In this document: in pieces, positions 9,797 through 20,103 of the stretch | How positions within the stretch are numbered: the first letter of the stretch is position 1 | Layout: the number at the start of each line of letters is the position of its first letter | Origin: an uncultured Gemmatimonadales bacterium | Lineage (GTDB): Bacteria; Gemmatimonadota; Gemmatimonadetes; Gemmatimonadales; GWC2-71-9 | NCBI GenBank assembly: GCA_963771275.1 | Contig: CAVYSW010000003.1 | Span: 1,811,864-1,875,863, forward strand | DNA: 64,000 nt | Reading direction: 5' to 3' | Translations under genes and position numbers: made by a program | Notes under the pieces: generated by a model | The model's database searches: none | The model's input: only the letters and a program-made list of their open reading frames with translations | What the model was told of the DNA's origin: nothing

Positions 9797-10795
9797 TCAG
9801 AACAGCCGCACGGCCATTGCCTTGATGCTGAACACGACCGGCGAGCCGATCGAGATTCCCAGCTCGGCGAGCGCGACCGGGGTGATCTGGGCCACCAGCT
9901 CCACGCCCACATCCGCCGTGAGCCGCACGTGCCCGCGCCCGTCGTCGCTGATCCTCACGACCCGGCCGGGGAAGCTGTTCCGGACGCTCGAGTGGAGCGG
10001 CGCCGCGCTCACCACGATGTCGTCCGGCGGAATCGCCAGCGTGGCCGGCCCGGCGCGATCGGTCACCACCGTGAGCACCAGCGGGCCTGCATGGACCTGG
10101 CGGGGACCCGAGCCCGGCGGGAGGTCGACGCGAAACAGGTTCTCGGGGGTGACCGGCGTGAGGCGCCCGTCCGCCAGCGCCAGCACCCGGGATGACCAGC
10201 GGTACGCGTCCTCGAGCTGATGCGACGCCAGACACGTTGTGATGTCCTGCGCCTCGAGGTAGGCGAGCACCTCCCCCAAGGCGCTGCGCGCCGCAGGATC
10301 ACCGGCGCTCGCCGGCTCGTCGAGCAGCAGCACGCGCGGGGCGAGCAGCAACGCGCGGGCGATCGCGACCCGCTGGACCTGACCCACGCTGAGCGTCCGC
10401 GCCCGGCGGTCGGCGAGGTCACCTGCGCCGACCCGCTCCAGCGCCTGCCGCAGCTGCTGCCGCTCGGCGGCGCGCGTGCGGCGTCCCGCCAGCGTGAGTC
10501 CGTACACGAGGTTCTCGCCGACCGTCATGTCGAACAGCAGGGGCTGTTGCTCGACCAGGGTGACGAGCCGCCGGGCGCGCCGTCGCTCGCGTGCCGTCAC
10601 CACCGGGCGTCCGTCGAGCGCGATCTCCCCGCGCGTCGGGCGCTCGACGAAGCTCATCAGCCGGAGCAGCGTGCTCTTGCCCGAGCCGTTCGGGCCGACG
10701 AGCCCCGTGACCGTCCCGGGCTCGAGCGCTGCGGCCTCGATCGCGAGCACCAGCCGGCTCCCGTAGCGGTGCTCGAGGCGCTGGACGCTAAGCAT
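9797..10795 (-). CDS. Tungstate/molybdate ABC transporter ATPase with C-terminal TOBE domain
   Basis: GPNGSGKS, LSVGQVQRVAIARAL, LLDEP; SSVRN...A.IT..AL.ELG..F.IKA TOBE. Confidence 0.88.
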   Translation of the reverse strand: MLSVQRLEHRYGSRLVLAIEAAALEPGTVTGLVGPNGSGKSTLLRLMSFVERPTRGEIALDGRPVVTARERRRARRLVTLVEQQPLLFDMTVGENLVYGLTLAGRRTRAAERQQLRQALERVGAGDLADRRARTLSVGQVQRVAIARALLLAPRVLLLDEPASAGDPAARSALGEVLAYLEAQDITTCLASHQLEDAYRWSSRVLALADGRLTPVTPENLFRVDLPPGSGPRQVHAGPLVLTVVTDRAGPATLAIPPDDIVVSAAPLHSSVRNSFPGRVVRISDDGRGHVRLTADVGVELVAQITPVALAELGISIGSPVVFSIKAMAVRLF

Positions 10796-11477
10796 CGCCG
10801 CGACCCTGCAGCATGTGCAGCAGCACGTTCACCGTGAGGGCGAGTCCCAGCAGCAGCAGCCCGAGCGCGATCGCCAGCGCGAAGTCCCCCTGCGAGGTCG
10901 CGAGGGTCACGGCGGTCGTCAGGGTACGCGTGCTGTAGCGGATGTTGCCACCGACGATCAGTGCCGCCCCGACCTCCGCCAGGACCCGCCCGAACGAGAC
11001 CACCAGGGCCGTGAGCAGGGCGAATCGGGCCTCCCGCGCCACGGTCCAGTGGACGCGCCATCCGCGACCGCCGAGCGTGAGCGCGGTGCGACGGACCCGC
11101 GGGTCGACGCCCTGAACGGCGGCCGCCGTGAGCGCGGCCGCGATCGGCGCCGCGAGCAGCACCTCGGCGATGACGATGGCCCACCAGGTGTACAGCAGGC
11201 CGAGCCCGCCGAGTGGGCCGCTCCGGGCGAACAGGCCCCACACGAGCACGCCGATCACGACGGACGGGAACGCCAGCATGGTGTTGAGCGCGGTGATCAA
11301 GGCGCGACGACCCCAGAACCGCGTCGTCCCGACCCAGAAGCCGAGGGGAATGCCGACGAGCGAGGCGAGGAGGGTGGCGGCGAGGGCGACGCGGAGCGAC
11401 AGGGCCGCGATGCTGAAGATCTCCGGGTCGCCACCCACCAGCAGTGCGACCCCGCGTCGCAGGCCGTCAGCGAACAC
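10788..11477 (-). CDS. tupB: Tungstate ABC transporter permease (TupB-like)
   Basis: RSGPLG..GLLYT, FGR..AEVGA..IVGGNI...TRTLTTA. Confidence 0.85.
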   Translation of the reverse strand: MFADGLRRGVALLVGGDPEIFSIAALSLRVALAATLLASLVGIPLGFWVGTTRFWGRRALITALNTMLAFPSVVIGVLVWGLFARSGPLGGLGLLYTWWAIVIAEVLLAAPIAAALTAAAVQGVDPRVRRTALTLGGRGWRVHWTVAREARFALLTALVVSFGRVLAEVGAALIVGGNIRYSTRTLTTAVTLATSQGDFALAIALGLLLLGLALTVNVLLHMLQGRGDA

Positions 11478-11486
11478 AGGGCCCGA

Positions 11487-12194
11487 TCAGAGTCTGAACG
11501 CGAACCCCAGGCCGATCTGCAGACTCGGATGCGCCGTCCACTCGGACGTGGAATTGACCGCCGGGTCGAGCAGCGGCGCGGCGTCCGGCACGCCCGTCGG
11601 CGTTTCGAAGAAGCTGGTCGGGTACTTGAGCTGCCAGAACAGCAGCCGTCCTTCCAGCCGCACGAACACCGATTGGCTGGCGTAGAACCGCAGCCCGAGG
11701 TGCGGCCCGCTGAGAAACTTGGTCTTGATGCGGAAGCCGGAGGAGTCGGCCGGCACCGTCTGGCCGAAGGCCAGCCCGAGCGTGGCGCCGAGGTACGGCG
11801 CGAGCCCCTTCCACGTCTTGTCGCCCGTGAGCAGAATCGAGAGGCCACTCTCGACGATCACCACCGACTGGCGCACCGGGCCCGTCAGCTGTGCGTCCGG
11901 TGCGGCGGAGGGATGGGGTACCATCCGCTGCAGGCGGTTCCAGGTCAGGCCGAGCGTGAGATCCGTCGGGCCGGTCAGGCGCATGTCGTAGCGCACGCCC
12001 GCCAGGTAGCCGTCGGCCGGCCCGACCCCGACCTTGCCGCCCGACCCGGCGAGGTAGCCGCCGACCACGGTGACCCCGCTGCGGATGGTGATTGGATGGA
12101 ACGGCGAATGCGCGGGATCGTGCCCGACCTGCCCCGCTGCCGTGGCCGGCAGGAGCAACGCGGTGAGCGCGAGTGCAGCGTGGCCCTTTGACAT
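11487..12194 (-). CDS. Putative outer-membrane beta-barrel protein
   Basis: Signal peptide; APYLG.TLG strand; C-terminal IGLGFAFRL. Confidence 0.55.
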   Translation of the reverse strand: MSKGHAALALTALLLPATAAGQVGHDPAHSPFHPITIRSGVTVVGGYLAGSGGKVGVGPADGYLAGVRYDMRLTGPTDLTLGLTWNRLQRMVPHPSAAPDAQLTGPVRQSVVIVESGLSILLTGDKTWKGLAPYLGATLGLAFGQTVPADSSGFRIKTKFLSGPHLGLRFYASQSVFVRLEGRLLFWQLKYPTSFFETPTGVPDAAPLLDPAVNSTSEWTAHPSLQIGLGFAFRL

Positions 12195-12216
12195 CCCCGT
12201 CGGGCGCTCCTAAAAT
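12188..12216 (+). promoter_or_regulatory. Near-consensus sigma70 promoter
   Basis: TTGACA (12188-12193), 17 bp, TAAAAT (12211-12216), then 7 nt to GTG at 12224. Confidence 0.75.
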
Positions 12217-12223
12217 GGTCTAA

Positions 12224-13255
12224 GTGTCGGCAACGAAACAATGTAGCCACGGTCTTCCGGTGCGACCAGCCTGCTGGGCGGTTTCGATGGCGCTGGTGGC
12301 GTGGGCGGGGCTCACTGCGCCGCTCGCGGCGCAGACCCGTTACCGTGTCGCGAGCGAGGAGAATCTCCGCCAGGAGCCGGGCTCCCAGGGGCGCCTGCTC
12401 GGGCGCGTGAACGAAGGGACGGAGCTCGCCGGCGGCCAGGCGCGCGACGGGTTCGTCGAGGTGACGCTCGATGGCTGGATCTGGGGGCGTTCCGTGCGGG
12501 CGTCCACGACGGCGGGCTTCGACCTCGCGGTGAGCAATGCGCGCGGCGAGAATCTGCGAGCCGAGCCCAACGGCGACGTGATCGCGCGCCTGCTCCAGGG
12601 CGCCCTCCTCACGGAGGTCGAGCGCGACGGAGGATGGGTTCGCGTGCGCCGCGTGGGGTGGATGTGGGCGCGTTCGCTCGCCGCGCAGAACGCGCCCCCG
12701 GCAGGAGGAGGGCGGAGCGGCACGACGCCACCAGCCGCCGCCAGCCTCGATTGGATGACGCTCGCGGCCGGCGTGCCGCTGCTGGTCGCCCCCGAGGGGG
12801 ACACGCTGGGTGCCGTGCGCCGCTCCGCGTCGGCGCGCGTGATCGCCCGGGCCAACGGATGGGCCCGCGTGCAGCTCGAGGGCTGGGTGCGCGAGTCCGA
12901 CCTGCAGCCGGCCGCCGGGGGCGTGCTCACCGGCGTGAGCGGCGCCGAGGTGCGCAGCGGCGGTCGCGCCTTCGAGGGGAAGGCCCTGCAGTGGGCCGTG
13001 CAGTACATCGCGGTGCAGACCGCCGACGCGCTGCGCCGGGACATGCCGGCCGGGCAGTCCTACATGCTGGCCCGAGGACCGCTCCCGGAAGCCGGATTCG
13101 TCTACCTGCTGCTGTCCGCGGAACAGGCGCGCGCGATCGCGGAGCTGACCCCGCTGACCTACCTGACGATCGTGGGGCGCGTGCGCACGGCCCGCTCCCA
13201 GTACCTCGGCAACCCCATTCTGACGCTGGAGGACTTCCGCGTCGTCGAGCGTTGA
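12224..13255 (+). CDS. Secreted protein with tandem bacterial SH3-like domains
   Basis: Signal peptide; repeated ENLR.EP...L..G....GW..V...GW units. Confidence 0.7.
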   Translation: MSATKQCSHGLPVRPACWAVSMALVAWAGLTAPLAAQTRYRVASEENLRQEPGSQGRLLGRVNEGTELAGGQARDGFVEVTLDGWIWGRSVRASTTAGFDLAVSNARGENLRAEPNGDVIARLLQGALLTEVERDGGWVRVRRVGWMWARSLAAQNAPPAGGGRSGTTPPAAASLDWMTLAAGVPLLVAPEGDTLGAVRRSASARVIARANGWARVQLEGWVRESDLQPAAGGVLTGVSGAEVRSGGRAFEGKALQWAVQYIAVQTADALRRDMPAGQSYMLARGPLPEAGFVYLLLSAEQARAIAELTPLTYLTIVGRVRTARSQYLGNPILTLEDFRVVER

Positions 13256-13270
13256 GACCGGACGGATGTC

Positions 13271-13663
13271 ATGAACGAGCTGCTGCTGAAGCGTATCGAG
13301 CGTCGCCTGGCCAATCTCGCCGACGCACAGGGCTACCAGGTGCTGGACTACGTCGAGTTCCTGGAGACGAAGTACGCCGTCGCGCCGCGCGACGAGTCGG
13401 TGATGCAGCGGATCGCCAGCGGTGTCGAGGACACGCTCCGCGCGGGCCGGATCCCGGTGGCGGCGATCCGGGGCACCATGAAGGCGATGGACTCGGCCTC
13501 GCGGCTGATGGAGCAGCTGGCCCAAGCCGGTCGCGCGGCCGTAGACGAGCTCGGGAAGTCGGTGAATGCGGCCGGGCAGGCGGGCCGCCCGCGGACGCCG
13601 CCCGGCGCGGACGAGGCGTCGTCCGCGCCGCGCGATCCGCCGGCCCCCCCCGACTCCGCTTGA
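13271..13663 (+). CDS. Hypothetical protein
   Basis: Typical codon usage; [13 protein letters not shown] helical N-terminus. Confidence 0.65.
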   Translation: MNELLLKRIERRLANLADAQGYQVLDYVEFLETKYAVAPRDESVMQRIASGVEDTLRAGRIPVAAIRGTMKAMDSASRLMEQLAQAGRAAVDELGKSVNAAGQAGRPRTPPGADEASSAPRDPPAPPDSA

Positions 13664-13693
13664 TTCCGATTCCCGGGCAGAGTACCTTCTGCC

Positions 13694-13777
13694 ATGGAAC
13701 CCCGGAACCTCTTTCCCACGACCCGCAAGACCGCCTCGGCCCTGCGGGCCGTCGTGTTTTTGGAGTCCGTCTCGTGA
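13694..13777 (+). CDS. Candidate 27-aa leader ORF upstream of guaB
   Basis: TACCTT -10 box 5 nt before ATG; TGA overlaps the guaB GTG (GTGA). Confidence 0.4.
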   Translation: MEPRNLFPTTRKTASALRAVVFLESVS

Positions 13778-15231
13778 GTCGCATTCGCGCCGGCTACGCC
13801 CTGACCTTCGACGACGTCCTGCTCGTTCCGCGGCATTCGACCGTCCACCCCGGGGACGTCAACGTCGCGACCCGCTTCGCGCGGGGCATCCCGCTCAATA
13901 TTCCGCTGGTGTCGGCCGCGATGGACACGGTCACCGAGGCGGCGATGGCGATCGCCATGGCGCGTGCCGGTGGCATCGGGGTGCTCCACAAGAACATGAC
14001 GATCGACCGGCAGGCCGCCGAAGTGGATCGCGTCAAGCGGTCGGAAAGCGGGATGATCCTCAATCCGATCACGCTTGGACCCGACCGCCCGATCCGCGAA
14101 GCGGCGCAGCTCATGCAGCGGTTCCGCATCTCGGGCGTGCCGATCGTGGACGATCGCGGGAAGCTCGTCGGCATCATCACGAACCGCGATCTCCAGTTCG
14201 AGCGGCGGATGGACCGGCCGGTCCGCCAGGCGATGACGAAGGAGCACCTCGTCACGGCGCCGGTCGGGACGACGCTGGAGGAGGCGGAGCGGATCCTCGG
14301 CGAGCACCGGATCGAGAAGCTGCCCGTGGTGGATGGGGACGGCATCCTGCGCGGGCTCATCACGGTCAAGGACATCTTCAAGCGGCGGGACTACCCCGAC
14401 GCCAACAAGGACGCGCACGGGCGGCTGCGCGTGGCGGCCGCGATCGGCGTCGGGCACGAGACGGTGGCCCGCGCGAAGGCGCTGCTCGACGCGGGCGCGG
14501 ACGCCCTGGTCGTGGACTCGGCGCACGGACACTCCGAAGGCGTGCTGCACACGGTCGCCGAGCTGCGGACCGCGTTTCCCGATGCGCAGCTCGTCGGCGG
14601 CAACATCGCCACCGTCGAGGGGGCGCGGGCGCTTGTCGAGCGGGGTGTGGACGCCGTGAAGGTCGGCATCGGGCCGGGCTCGATCTGCACGACGCGGGTG
14701 GTCACCGGCGTCGGTGTCCCGCAGATCACCGCGATCACCGACGCCGTGCGCGGCGCCGGAGACGTCCCGATCATCGCCGACGGTGGCGTGAAGTACTCCG
14801 GGGACGCGGTCAAGGCGCTGGCGGCCGGTGCCGCCAGCGTGATGATGGGGTCCATGCTGGCCGGCACCGAGGAGAGCCCCGGCGAGAGCTTTCTGCTCGA
14901 AGGACGTCGCTTCAAGATGATCCGCGGCATGGGGTCGCTCTCGGCGATGCAGGACGGCTCGGCCGACCGGTACTTCCAGGAGGGCGAGATCTCGCTCCAG
15001 AAGCTCGTGCCCGAGGGCATCGAGGGACGCGTGCCCTACCGCGGACCCGTGGGTGACGTGCTGTACCAGATGGTGGGCGGCATCCGCAGCGGGATGGGGT
15101 ACTGCGGCGTCGCCACGGTCGGCCAGCTCCAGGCCGAAACCGAATTCACGCAGATCACCGCCGCGGGCCTGCGCGAGTCGCACCCGCACGACGTGGTGGT
15201 GACGCGAGAGGCGCCGAACTACAGCCTCTGA
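13774..15231 (+). CDS. guaB: IMP dehydrogenase
   Basis: [21 protein letters not shown] pair, [11 protein letters not shown] catalytic motif, ESHPHD. Confidence 0.97.
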   Translation: MSRIRAGYALTFDDVLLVPRHSTVHPGDVNVATRFARGIPLNIPLVSAAMDTVTEAAMAIAMARAGGIGVLHKNMTIDRQAAEVDRVKRSESGMILNPITLGPDRPIREAAQLMQRFRISGVPIVDDRGKLVGIITNRDLQFERRMDRPVRQAMTKEHLVTAPVGTTLEEAERILGEHRIEKLPVVDGDGILRGLITVKDIFKRRDYPDANKDAHGRLRVAAAIGVGHETVARAKALLDAGADALVVDSAHGHSEGVLHTVAELRTAFPDAQLVGGNIATVEGARALVERGVDAVKVGIGPGSICTTRVVTGVGVPQITAITDAVRGAGDVPIIADGGVKYSGDAVKALAAGAASVMMGSMLAGTEESPGESFLLEGRRFKMIRGMGSLSAMQDGSADRYFQEGEISLQKLVPEGIEGRVPYRGPVGDVLYQMVGGIRSGMGYCGVATVGQLQAETEFTQITAAGLRESHPHDVVVTREAPNYSL

Positions 15232-15264
15232 TTGACGGTGCGAGCGACGGAGCGTGGGAGGAGA

Positions 15265-15374
15265 GTGAAAAGGGAAAAGGGAGAAGTGAAGAGCACGTCC
15301 GCGCGTGTGCCGGCGCAGGCGCCCCACCTGCAGGCAGGTTCTCTCGTTTCACTTTTCACTTTTCACCTTTCACT
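15265..15374. repeat. Inverted arrays of heptamer repeats (GTGAAAA-like x4 ... TTTCACT-like x4)
   Basis: GTGAAAA GGGAAAA GGGAGAA GTGAAGA at 15265-15292; TTTCACT TTTCACT TTTCACC TTTCACT at 15347-15374. Confidence 0.75.
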
Positions 15375-15442
15375 TCTTCCGGTCGGAGCCCGCCGCCCGC
15401 CCCGACTACGCATCCCGCCCTGTCCCCCTTAAGTTCCGCCCC

Positions 15443-16483
15443 ATGAACGGGCACCCCGAGAACGGTTCGGCACGGCGCGGCATCGGCGTTCCGGCGGCGC
15501 GACGCCGGGCGGCGCGGGCCGTCGTGTCCGCCGTCACGCCCGGGATGCGCGTGCTGCTCACCACCCACGTGAACGCCGATGGCGACGGTGTGGGCAGCGA
15601 AGTCGCGTTGTGGCACCTGCTCACCGAGATCGGCGCGAAGCCGGTCATCGCCAATCCGACGCCGTTCCCGGACCGCTTTCGGTTTCTGCTGGCCGAGGCA
15701 TCCGGCGCGGACCGGACGGAGCGCGCGGTACGCGAGATCGAGCGGGCCGACCTGATCCTCGTCCTCGACATCTCGGATCTCGGCCGCCTTGGGCACCTCA
15801 CCCCGTTCATTGCCGCGCGCCACGTACCGGTGGCCTGCATCGATCATCACGCGAGCAACGGCTCGCTGCCGGACGGCCCGCGTCTCGTCGATCCGGCGGC
15901 GTGCGCCACGGGCGAATTGGTCTACGATCTGGCGCGCGCGGCCGGGTGGCTCCTGCCGCTGCCGGCGGCACGCGCCCTGTACGTCGCGTTGCTGACCGAC
16001 ACCGGCGGGTTCCGCTTCAGCAACACGTCACCGCGCGCGCTCCAGGTCGCCGCCCACCTGCTGACCCACGGACTCGACCCGGAAGCGATCTACGGCGAGG
16101 TGTACGCCGACGTTCCCGAAGGACGCGTGCGGCTGTTGGCCGAAGCCCTCGATACGCTGGTCGTCGAAGTCCCGCCGGGGCTCGCCTGGGTCACCGTGCC
16201 GCCCGGCGCGCTCGAGCGGCACGGCGTGAGCCCCGACGAGCTCGACGGGGTGGTGGAGTTCCCGCGCTCGATCGCCGGCGTCCGGCTCGCGCTGCTGTTC
16301 CGCCAGCTCGCGGGCGGCCGCATCAAGGTCTCGTTCCGCTCGGTAGGCGCCGTCGACGTCGCCCGGCTGGCGGAGCAGTTCGGCGGCGGCGGGCACCGTA
16401 AGGCGGCGGGCGCATCGCTCGAGGGAACGCTCGCGGAGGTCCAGGCGCACGTGCTCGCGGAGGCCCGGCGCACGCTGGGCTGA
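15443..16483 (+). CDS. nrnA: DHH/DHHA1 phosphoesterase (NrnA-like oligoribonuclease/pAp phosphatase)
   Basis: H.N.DGD, IDHH, TDTG.FRF, S.RS, GGGH..AAG. Confidence 0.88.
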   Translation: MNGHPENGSARRGIGVPAARRRAARAVVSAVTPGMRVLLTTHVNADGDGVGSEVALWHLLTEIGAKPVIANPTPFPDRFRFLLAEASGADRTERAVREIERADLILVLDISDLGRLGHLTPFIAARHVPVACIDHHASNGSLPDGPRLVDPAACATGELVYDLARAAGWLLPLPAARALYVALLTDTGGFRFSNTSPRALQVAAHLLTHGLDPEAIYGEVYADVPEGRVRLLAEALDTLVVEVPPGLAWVTVPPGALERHGVSPDELDGVVEFPRSIAGVRLALLFRQLAGGRIKVSFRSVGAVDVARLAEQFGGGGHRKAAGASLEGTLAEVQAHVLAEARRTLG

Positions 16484-16528
16484 TCAGGCGTTGCTCGGCC
16501 CCCGGGCCGTGTCTACATTCCCAATCCC

Positions 16529-17632
16529 ATGGCTCACAATCCCCTGCAGGCTCGCATCGCAGGCGCGCTCACCAACGTCCGCAGCGCCCGGCTCGGCACC
16601 GACGTGATCTCCGGCGGTCTGGTGCGGGATCTGGCGGTCGGTGACGACGGCAAGGTCTCGCTCACGTTCGTGCTGTCCCGCGAGGATCCCGCCTCGCTGG
16701 TGCGGGAGGCGCGCCAGGCCGTCCGGGAGGTCGAGGGCGTCACCGACGTCCGGATCAACGTCGTGGAGCCGGCCGGCGCCCCCGGGGCCGCGCCGGCTCA
16801 CGCCCCCGCGCCGGGCGCGGGGCAGCCCCCCATGCCGGAGGCGCCGGAATCGGGCGCGCTGGGCAAGGTGATCGCGATCTCCAGCGGCAAGGGTGGGGTG
16901 GGGAAGTCCACCGTGGCGGCCAACGTCGCGGTCGCGCTCGCCGGCCAGGGCCGGCGCGTCGGACTGATGGACGCCGATGTGTACGGCCCCAACATCCCGC
17001 GGATGTTCGGCGTGACGCAGCGCCCGGCGGTGCGCGGCAGCAGGATCCTCCCGCTGGAGGCCCATGGAGTGAAGCTCATCTCGCTCGGCCTCCTGATCGA
17101 GCGCGACCAGCCGGCCATCTGGCGCGGCCCGATCATCACCAAGGTGATCGGCCAGTTCCTGCGGGACGTCGAGTGGGGGACGCTGGACTACCTGATCGTG
17201 GACATGCCCCCGGGCACCGGCGATGCGCAGCTCTCGCTGACCCAGGCGGTCCAGCTGGCCGGTGCGGTGATCGTGACGACGCCGCAGGAGGTCGCGATCG
17301 GCGACGCGCTTCGCAGCGCCAAGATGTTCGAGCGGGTCGGCGTCCCGGTGCTCGGCGTGGTCGAGAACATGAGCTACTTCGCCTGCCCGCATTGCGGCGA
17401 GCGGACCGAGATCTTCCTGTCGGGCGGCGGCCAGCGGCTGGCGGACGAGGTCGGCGTGCCCCTGCTCGGGCAGGTGCCGCTCCAGGCGCGGGTCCCGGAC
17501 CTGGGCGACAGCGGGACGCCCGTCGTCATCGCGGAACCGGACTCTCCCGCCGCCCTGGCCCTGCTCGGTGTGGCCGAGGCCCTGCGCAAGCGCACCGGGC
17601 GCACCGTGTCGCTGCCGATCATTTCCGGCTAG
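16529..17632 (+). CDS. Mrp/NBP35 (ApbC) Fe-S carrier ATPase
   Basis: SGKGGVGKST, DADVYGP, WRGP, DMPPGTGD, ENMS...CPHC. Confidence 0.95.
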   Translation: MAHNPLQARIAGALTNVRSARLGTDVISGGLVRDLAVGDDGKVSLTFVLSREDPASLVREARQAVREVEGVTDVRINVVEPAGAPGAAPAHAPAPGAGQPPMPEAPESGALGKVIAISSGKGGVGKSTVAANVAVALAGQGRRVGLMDADVYGPNIPRMFGVTQRPAVRGSRILPLEAHGVKLISLGLLIERDQPAIWRGPIITKVIGQFLRDVEWGTLDYLIVDMPPGTGDAQLSLTQAVQLAGAVIVTTPQEVAIGDALRSAKMFERVGVPVLGVVENMSYFACPHCGERTEIFLSGGGQRLADEVGVPLLGQVPLQARVPDLGDSGTPVVIAEPDSPAALALLGVAEALRKRTGRTVSLPIISG

Positions 17633-17637
17633 CGCCC

Positions 17638-18402
17638 GTGAGCGGCGGCCGGATCATCACGCTGCTTACCGATTTCGGAACCCGGGACAGCTACGTTGCC
17701 GAGATGAAGGGGGTCCTGCTCACGCGGACCCCTGATGCCGTGCTCGTGGACGTCACGCATGAGATCCCGCCCGGGGACGTGCTCGCCGGCCAGTACGTGC
17801 TGGCGCGCACCTGGTCGCGGTTCCCGTCGGGCACCGTGCACCTTGCCGTGGTGGATCCCGGCGTCGGGGGCGAGCGCCGCGCCCTCGCGGCGGCGGTCCA
17901 GGGACACGGCTTCATCGCGCCGGACAACGGGCTGTTGACGCCGGTGCTGGTCGGTGCCACGGTGGTCGCCCTCCCGGAGCCCGCCGGCGCCGCGCCCACG
18001 TTCCACGGGCGAGACCTGTTCGCGCCGGCCGCGGCGGCCCTGGCGTCGGGGACGGCGATCGAGACGCTCGGCGCCACGATCCACGACCCCGTGCGCCGCT
18101 CGCCGCCCGAGCCGACCGAGCGGGATGGCGCCATGATCGGCCACGTGGTCTACGTGGATCGCTTCGGCACCTTGGTCACGAACCTGCCGGGCGCGGCCGC
18201 CGCCCGCGCCCGCGTCGTGTGGATTGGGGCGCACACGATCGGACCCGTGCGACACTCGTTCAGCGCCGTGCGCCCAGGGGTCCCGCTCGCGCTGGTGGGC
18301 TCGGGTGGCGCCCTCGAGATCGCGGTCCGCGATGGCTCGGCCGCCGACACGCTGGCCGCGCAGGTCGGCATGGAGGTCCGGATCCCGCTCAGCGATTCCT
18401 GA
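17638..18402 (+). CDS. SAM hydrolase / SAM-dependent halogenase family (DUF62)
   Basis: ITLLTDFG, VVDPGVG, PDNG, TFHGRD.FAP, D.FG..VTN. Confidence 0.9.
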   Translation: MSGGRIITLLTDFGTRDSYVAEMKGVLLTRTPDAVLVDVTHEIPPGDVLAGQYVLARTWSRFPSGTVHLAVVDPGVGGERRALAAAVQGHGFIAPDNGLLTPVLVGATVVALPEPAGAAPTFHGRDLFAPAAAALASGTAIETLGATIHDPVRRSPPEPTERDGAMIGHVVYVDRFGTLVTNLPGAAAARARVVWIGAHTIGPVRHSFSAVRPGVPLALVGSGGALEIAVRDGSAADTLAAQVGMEVRIPLSDS

Positions 18403-18420
18403 GGGGCCGAACCCGAGGTC

Positions 18421-18879
18421 CTACCCCTTGATCTCGGACGTGCAGTTGGGACAGCGCACCGCCTTGATCGGAATGCTCGTGTGGCAGTACGGGCAGTCCT
18501 TCGTGGTCGGCGCGGTCGCGGCAACGGGTTCCGGCCGCTGCAGCTTCATCATCGCCCGGATGATGAGGAACACCGAGAACGCGACGATCAGGAAGCTCAC
18601 CACGCTGTTGACGAACAGACCGTAGTTGACCGTCACCGCGCCCGCGGCCTTCGCGGCGGCCACCGACGCGTACGGCCCGGCCTGGGCCCCTTCCCTGATG
18701 GTAACGAACAGGTTCGAGAAGTCCACGTTCCCCAGCAGTACGCCGATCGGCGGCATGATGACATCGTCCACCAGCGACTTCACGATCGTGCCGAACGCGC
18801 CGCCGATGATGATCCCGACCGCCATGTCCACGACGTTGCCGCGCATGGCGAATGCCTTGAAGTCCTTGATGAAGCTCAC
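18421..18879 (-). CDS. mscL: Large-conductance mechanosensitive channel with C-terminal CxxC-CxxC tail
   Basis: FK.FAMRGNVVDMAVGIIIG.AF; CPYC...RCPNCT. Confidence 0.93.
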   Translation of the reverse strand: MSFIKDFKAFAMRGNVVDMAVGIIIGGAFGTIVKSLVDDVIMPPIGVLLGNVDFSNLFVTIREGAQAGPYASVAAAKAAGAVTVNYGLFVNSVVSFLIVAFSVFLIIRAMMKLQRPEPVAATAPTTKDCPYCHTSIPIKAVRCPNCTSEIKG

Positions 18880-19009
18880 GATGCCCTCCGTCGAGCCGGG
18901 TGGCGAAACGCGGAAGCCGGCACGCAGCCGGCCTCCAGGGGACTGAATGGGGTGAGTATGCGCCGCGCGCGCCGGGGCTGTCCAGGGGCCCCCGGAGCGC
19001 GCGGCACCG

Positions 19010-19456
19010 TCAGCCGGCGCTGAGCGCTGCTGCCACTCGCTGCAGCCGGGTCCGCGCGTCGGCGGCGACCTCGGCGAAGACCGGATCGTTCTGGAAGCCG
19101 CCGCTCGCGAGCATCGCCTTGGGATCTGCGATGCGGGCGATGCTCCCGCCGCCCGCCGGATCCGCCTCCACCGTCACGTTGCAGGGAAGCATCAGGCCGG
19201 CCTCGGCGTCGTGGGCCAGGGCCCGATGCGCCAGCGGCGGGTTGCACGCGCCGAGAATCGCGTACGGCCGGAACTCGACGCCGAGCTTCTCCTTGAGAGT
19301 CGTATGCACGTCGATGCGGGTCAGGATGCCGAACCCTTCGGCCTTGAGGGCCGCCGTCACCTTCCCGATGGCGCCGTCGAACCCGTCCCGCAGACGCGCC
19401 TCAAATGCGATCGCTGAAGGCACCGCTTGCCTCCGTGTTTTGGGGTCTATCGACAA
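19010..19456 (-). CDS. DUF302 domain protein
   Basis: GFGILT.ID, Y.ILGACNP..A..AL, LMLPCNV. Confidence 0.85.
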   Translation of the reverse strand: MSIDPKTRRQAVPSAIAFEARLRDGFDGAIGKVTAALKAEGFGILTRIDVHTTLKEKLGVEFRPYAILGACNPPLAHRALAHDAEAGLMLPCNVTVEADPAGGGSIARIADPKAMLASGGFQNDPVFAEVAADARTRLQRVAAALSAG

Positions 19457-19492
19457 TTTAGCGCCGTTCCTCTCCGGTCCGCATTCTGCCTT

Positions 19493-20011
19493 CTAGAGGT
19501 AGCGCTCGCGCAGCACCCGCACGTGGTGGCGCTCGTGGCCGGCGACGATGTAGGCGATGGCGCGCACCGTGAACTCCCTGCCGTTGGCCGTGCCGCGGCG
19601 GAGCAGCGCCTCGTCGCTCAAGCCGCGGAACAGGGTGAGTGTGGCCGCGCGCACCGTCTCCAGCTCGCGCGCCAGCTCGCCCAAGGGTCGCGTGTCGAAC
19701 CCCGCCGCGGCCACGTAGTCGTCCTCCTCGAAGCCCGGGAGCGGCGCGCGCTCGCTGCGGGAGAAGCAGAGCGCGCGGTAGGTGAAGATCCGCTCGGTAT
19801 CGCTCAGGTGCCCAACGACCTGCTTGATGCTCCACTTGCCCGGCGCGTATCGGTGCATGGCGCGGGACGCCGGGAGATCGCGGAGCAGGCCCTGGGTCTC
19901 CCCCATCTGTCGCTCGAGGATCGCGAGCACGTCTCCGGCTGGGACTGCTCCGACGTACCCGCCGAAATACGGCGCGTACTCGTCAGCAGCAGGGCGCGGG
20001 ATGCCGGGCAT
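19493..20011 (-). CDS. DinB family protein
   Basis: RYAPGKWSIKQVVGH..DTER.F.YRAL, AGHE.HH. Confidence 0.88.
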   Translation of the reverse strand: MPGIPRPAADEYAPYFGGYVGAVPAGDVLAILERQMGETQGLLRDLPASRAMHRYAPGKWSIKQVVGHLSDTERIFTYRALCFSRSERAPLPGFEEDDYVAAAGFDTRPLGELARELETVRAATLTLFRGLSDEALLRRGTANGREFTVRAIAYIVAGHERHHVRVLRERYL

Positions 20012-20103
20012 GGGGGAGGTCCTTTCGGAGGAGCGAGATGCGGATCGGGGGCGGTCCCCTCGGAATCCTGAATAGTATCAGCTATCGGCCTTGGGCGAAT
20101 GGG

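Noticed and set aside
12301..13773. Long N-terminal extension of GuaB (976-aa ORF)
   Set aside because: Arg/Ala-rich off-frame read-through across two real genes; the true start is at 13774.
17638..18402. Fluorinase/chlorinase natural-product gene
   Set aside because: Housekeeping context with no biosynthetic cluster; most DUF62 members are SAM hydrolases.
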